From: Nitrospinaceae bacterium | GTDB lineage: Bacteria; Nitrospinota; Nitrospinia; Nitrospinales; VA-1 | Direction: 5' to 3' | Length of the DNA stretch: 26,890 nt | Assembly: GCA_046754465.1 (NCBI GenBank) | Contig: JBHHVU010000044.1 | Location: forward strand, 1-26,890 | Shown: positions 24,556 through 26,890 of the stretch, piece after piece | Layout of the letters: each line of letters begins with the position of its first letter | Numbering within the stretch: position 1 is the first letter of the stretch | Made by a program: the position numbers and the translations under genes | The notes under the pieces: model-generated | Database searches by the model: none | Told to the model about the DNA's origin: nothing | What the model saw: only the letters and a program-made list of their open reading frames with translations

Positions 24556-26890
24556 ATGCCGGTTTTTGAGAACGCTAAAAAGTTCATCGCTGTTTTTATC
24601 TGGGGCTTGATTTCCCTGACCGCCGGATTTCCTGCGCTCCTCTTCGCCCTGCCTCTGGATGGGCAGATCGTCGCCGGACAAGGCAATATCCAGCAGCCCA
24701 CTCCCCAGGACATGGTGGTCAACCAGAACACCCAGCAGATGATCGTCAACTGGCAGGGGTTCAGCATTGCGAACACCGAATCGGTGCAGTTCAAACAGCC
24801 GGGAGCAAACTCCATCGCCCTCAACCGCGTGACGGGCGCCGACCCCAGCCTCATCATGGGAAGGCTTTCCGCCAACGGGCAGATCTTTATCACCAATCCT
24901 TCCGGCGTCGTCTTCGGTCCGGGTTCCCGGATCGATGTGAACGGCATTCTCGCCACGACGCTCAAAATTTCCGACCAGGATTTCCTCGATCGGAACTACC
25001 GGTTCTTCCAAGATCCCACCCAGTCCCTGTCCTCCGTCCTGAACGAGGGCAACATCAACGCCTCGAGTTATGTGGGACTCCTGGCGCCGTCGGTGATCAA
25101 CCGGGGCAACATCATCGCCAACCTGGGGTCGGTGGCCCTGGGTTCCGGCACCGCCGCCACGCTGGATTTCGTCGGTGACGGACTCATCAATTTCACCATC
25201 ACCCAATCCGTCGACGGCACGGTGACCGATTCCAACGGCAACCCCGTCGACGACCGCGCGACCAACGAGGGCCTCATCCGGGCCAACGGCGGCCGCGTCG
25301 CCATTTCCGCGCAGGACGCCGGTACGATCATCAAAAACGTGGTCAACCAGACCGGCGTCATCGAAGCGCGATCCGTCGTGGAAAAGGGCGGACGCATCAT
25401 CCTCTCCGCCGGAGTCAAAGGTCTCATCAACTCCGGCAATATCGACACCTCGGCCATCGGCCTGGGCGTCTCCGGCGGTGATGTCACCCTCCAGGGCGGC
25501 AGCGTGGTCCTCGACGGCGGCCAGGTCCTCGCCACCAGCGCCCAGGGCGCGGGCGGCACCATCTCCCTCACCGGAACCGGCTGGGTCAGCCTCGGCGGCA
25601 CCGTCGATGCCGGCGGCACGAGCGGCGGCATCATCTCCGTGAACGCCGGCGGACTTTCCGTTGCGTCGCAGGTTCTGGCCAAGGGCGGCACGGGACAGGG
25701 TGGGACCATCACCCTGAACACCGCGCTCAAATCCTGGGAGAGCAGCGGCGCGCTGATCGATGTCTCCGGCGCGGCGGGCGGCACGCTCACCCATATCGCC
25801 GGTCAGCAGATCACCACGTCCGGCGCCTACCTCGCGTTGGGGACCGACGGACCCGGCGGGCAAATCGATGTCACCGCCCCGGCGCTCAAGTTCCTGTCCG
25901 ATACCATTGACGCTTCAGGCGCAACCGGCGGCGGACGCATCCGGCTCGGCGGCGAGTTCCAGGGCGGCAAAGACCTCCTCGTCGATGAAATTCCCAATGC
26001 TCAGTATTTCGCCATGACGGACGGCACGCGCATCAACGCCGACGTAACCGGAGCCAATGGCGATGGCGGAACAATCATCGCATGGTCGGACCAGGTGAGC
26101 ACGGTGCTCGGTCAAATCTCCGCCACGCCGGGGTCCCTCTCCGGCTCAGGGGGATTCGTCGAGGTCTCCTCGGCAGACAGCCTCACCTTCGGCGGTACGG
26201 TCGTCACCGGAATCGCCACCCGGCCCGGCACCTTCCTGATGGACCCGAAAAACGTGATCATAGGGACTGCCTCCACGATCAACCAGTTGGCGCTCATCCT
26301 GTCAACGGGATTCACCGGCGGTAACGTGGATGTCGCCCAGAATGGTAAAAATATCAACGTCACCCAGACCAGCAAGAACATCGACCAGACTCTCGGTAGT
26401 GATGATCGGTTTGGTGTTGCGACATCGCTGGATGGCAACCGCCTGGCAGTTGGAGCTTTTCTGGATGATGGTGTGGCCAATGGAAATGCCGATTCCGGCG
26501 CGGTCTACCTTTACAGTTTCACAGACAGCGTCTTCAACGGCGGAGTTTTGGAAGCCATCATCGGCGGCGGCTACACCGGCGGCAAAAATGTCAACCAGGC
26601 TCTTGATAATAATGATCGATTTGGAAGAGGGGTTTCCCTGGACGGCAACCGCCTGGCGGTGGGTGCTCATTTCGATGACGGAATTGGCGCCAGCGGCGTT
26701 ATAGAAAAAGGAGCGGTTTATCTTTACAGCTTCACCGACAGCACCTTCAGTGGCGGCAACCTGGAGGCCATCATCGGAAGTGGCTTCACCGGCGGAAAAA
26801 ATATTAACCAGACCCTTGATGGTAATGACCAATTTGGCTATTCCGTTTCTCTGGACGGCAACCGACTGGCGGTAGGCGCACGCCTAGATG
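24556..26890 (+). CDS. Filamentous-hemagglutinin-type TpsA exoprotein (3'-truncated by the window), with FG-GAP-like repeats
   Basis: Not in the ORF track; translated by hand. MPVFENAKKFIAVFIWGLISLTAGFPALLFA-LPLDGQIVAG...IVNWQGFSI...FKQPGANSIALNRVTGADPS...ANGQIFITNPSGVVFG is a TPS domain. It is followed by a Gly-rich beta-helix, GTFLMDP at 26227-26247, then repeats. The same frame is open at the window end. Confidence 0.92.
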   Translation, partial: MPVFENAKKFIAVFIWGLISLTAGFPALLFALPLDGQIVAGQGNIQQPTPQDMVVNQNTQQMIVNWQGFSIANTESVQFKQPGANSIALNRVTGADPSLIMGRLSANGQIFITNPSGVVFGPGSRIDVNGILATTLKISDQDFLDRNYRFFQDPTQSLSSVLNEGNINASSYVGLLAPSVINRGNIIANLGSVALGSGTAATLDFVGDGLINFTITQSVDGTVTDSNGNPVDDRATNEGLIRANGGRVAISAQDAGTIIKNVVNQTGVIEARSVVEKGGRIILSAGVKGLINSGNIDTSAIGLGVSGGDVTLQGGSVVLDGGQVLATSAQGAGGTISLTGTGWVSLGGTVDAGGTSGGIISVNAGGLSVASQVLAKGGTGQGGTITLNTALKSWESSGALIDVSGAAGGTLTHIAGQQITTSGAYLALGTDGPGGQIDVTAPALKFLSDTIDASGATGGGRIRLGGEFQGGKDLLVDEIPNAQYFAMTDGTRINADVTGANGDGGTIIAWSDQVSTVLGQISATPGSLSGSGGFVEVSSADSLTFGGTVVTGIATRPGTFLMDPKNVIIGTASTINQLALILSTGFTGGNVDVAQNGKNINVTQTSKNIDQTLGSDDRFGVATSLDGNRLAVGAFLDDGVANGNADSGAVYLYSFTDSVFNGGVLEAIIGGGYTGGKNVNQALDNNDRFGRGVSLDGNRLAVGAHFDDGIGASGVIEKGAVYLYSFTDSTFSGGNLEAIIGSGFTGGKNINQTLDGNDQFGYSVSLDGNRLAVGARLD
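26370..26890 (+). repeat. Coding tandem repeats of 210-213 bp (70-71 aa), FG-GAP-like blades
   Basis: The DGNRLAVGA motif starts at 26431, 26641 and 26854. Unit: DxFGxxxSLDGNRLAVGAxxDDG...GAVYLYSFTDSxFxGGxLEAIIGxGxTGGKNxNQxLD. Confidence 0.9.

Noticed and set aside
21334..25863. Long antisense ORFs (21334-22665, 24006-24965, 24493-25863)
   Set aside because: They are mirror frames of high-GC3 tpsB/fecR/tpsA genes with no recognisable motifs.
26370..26890. Variable loops in the TpsA repeats as a diversity-generating retroelement target
   Set aside because: No reverse transcriptase or non-coding template repeat is in the window, and the differences are not adenine-specific and include indels.

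Overview
A gene-dense bacterial chromosomal window with no rRNA, tRNA, CRISPR array or transposase that I can support. From left to right it contains: (1) a palindromic element built from 9-bp-periodic ATCCTG units; (2) an apparently autoregulated ECF sigma module comprising a secreted 11-aa-repeat protein, the sigma factor, a DUF3619-like anti-sigma, a small exported protein and a DUF3106-like protein; (3) a 1045-aa fusion of a DUF318/ArsP-like permease to a CRTAC1/ASPIC-UnbV beta-propeller; (4) an HDOD protein; (5) a homogentisate (tyrosine catabolism) cluster hppD-FAH-hmgA-flavin reductase-thiolase-acetoacetate-CoA ligase with no maiA; (6) a convergent heme-oxygenase-like diiron enzyme; (7) a hypothetical protein, a TPR protein and two tandem paralogous cNMP-binding histidine kinases without a response regulator; (8) a very small HExxH lipoprotein behind a sigma54-type promoter; (9) a two-partner secretion locus (exported hypothetical, TpsB, FecR-domain protein, TpsA). 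The TpsA is missing from the ORF track, runs off the window end, and carries FG-GAP-like repeats after its beta-helix. All family assignments come from motif recognition by eye, not from database searches.
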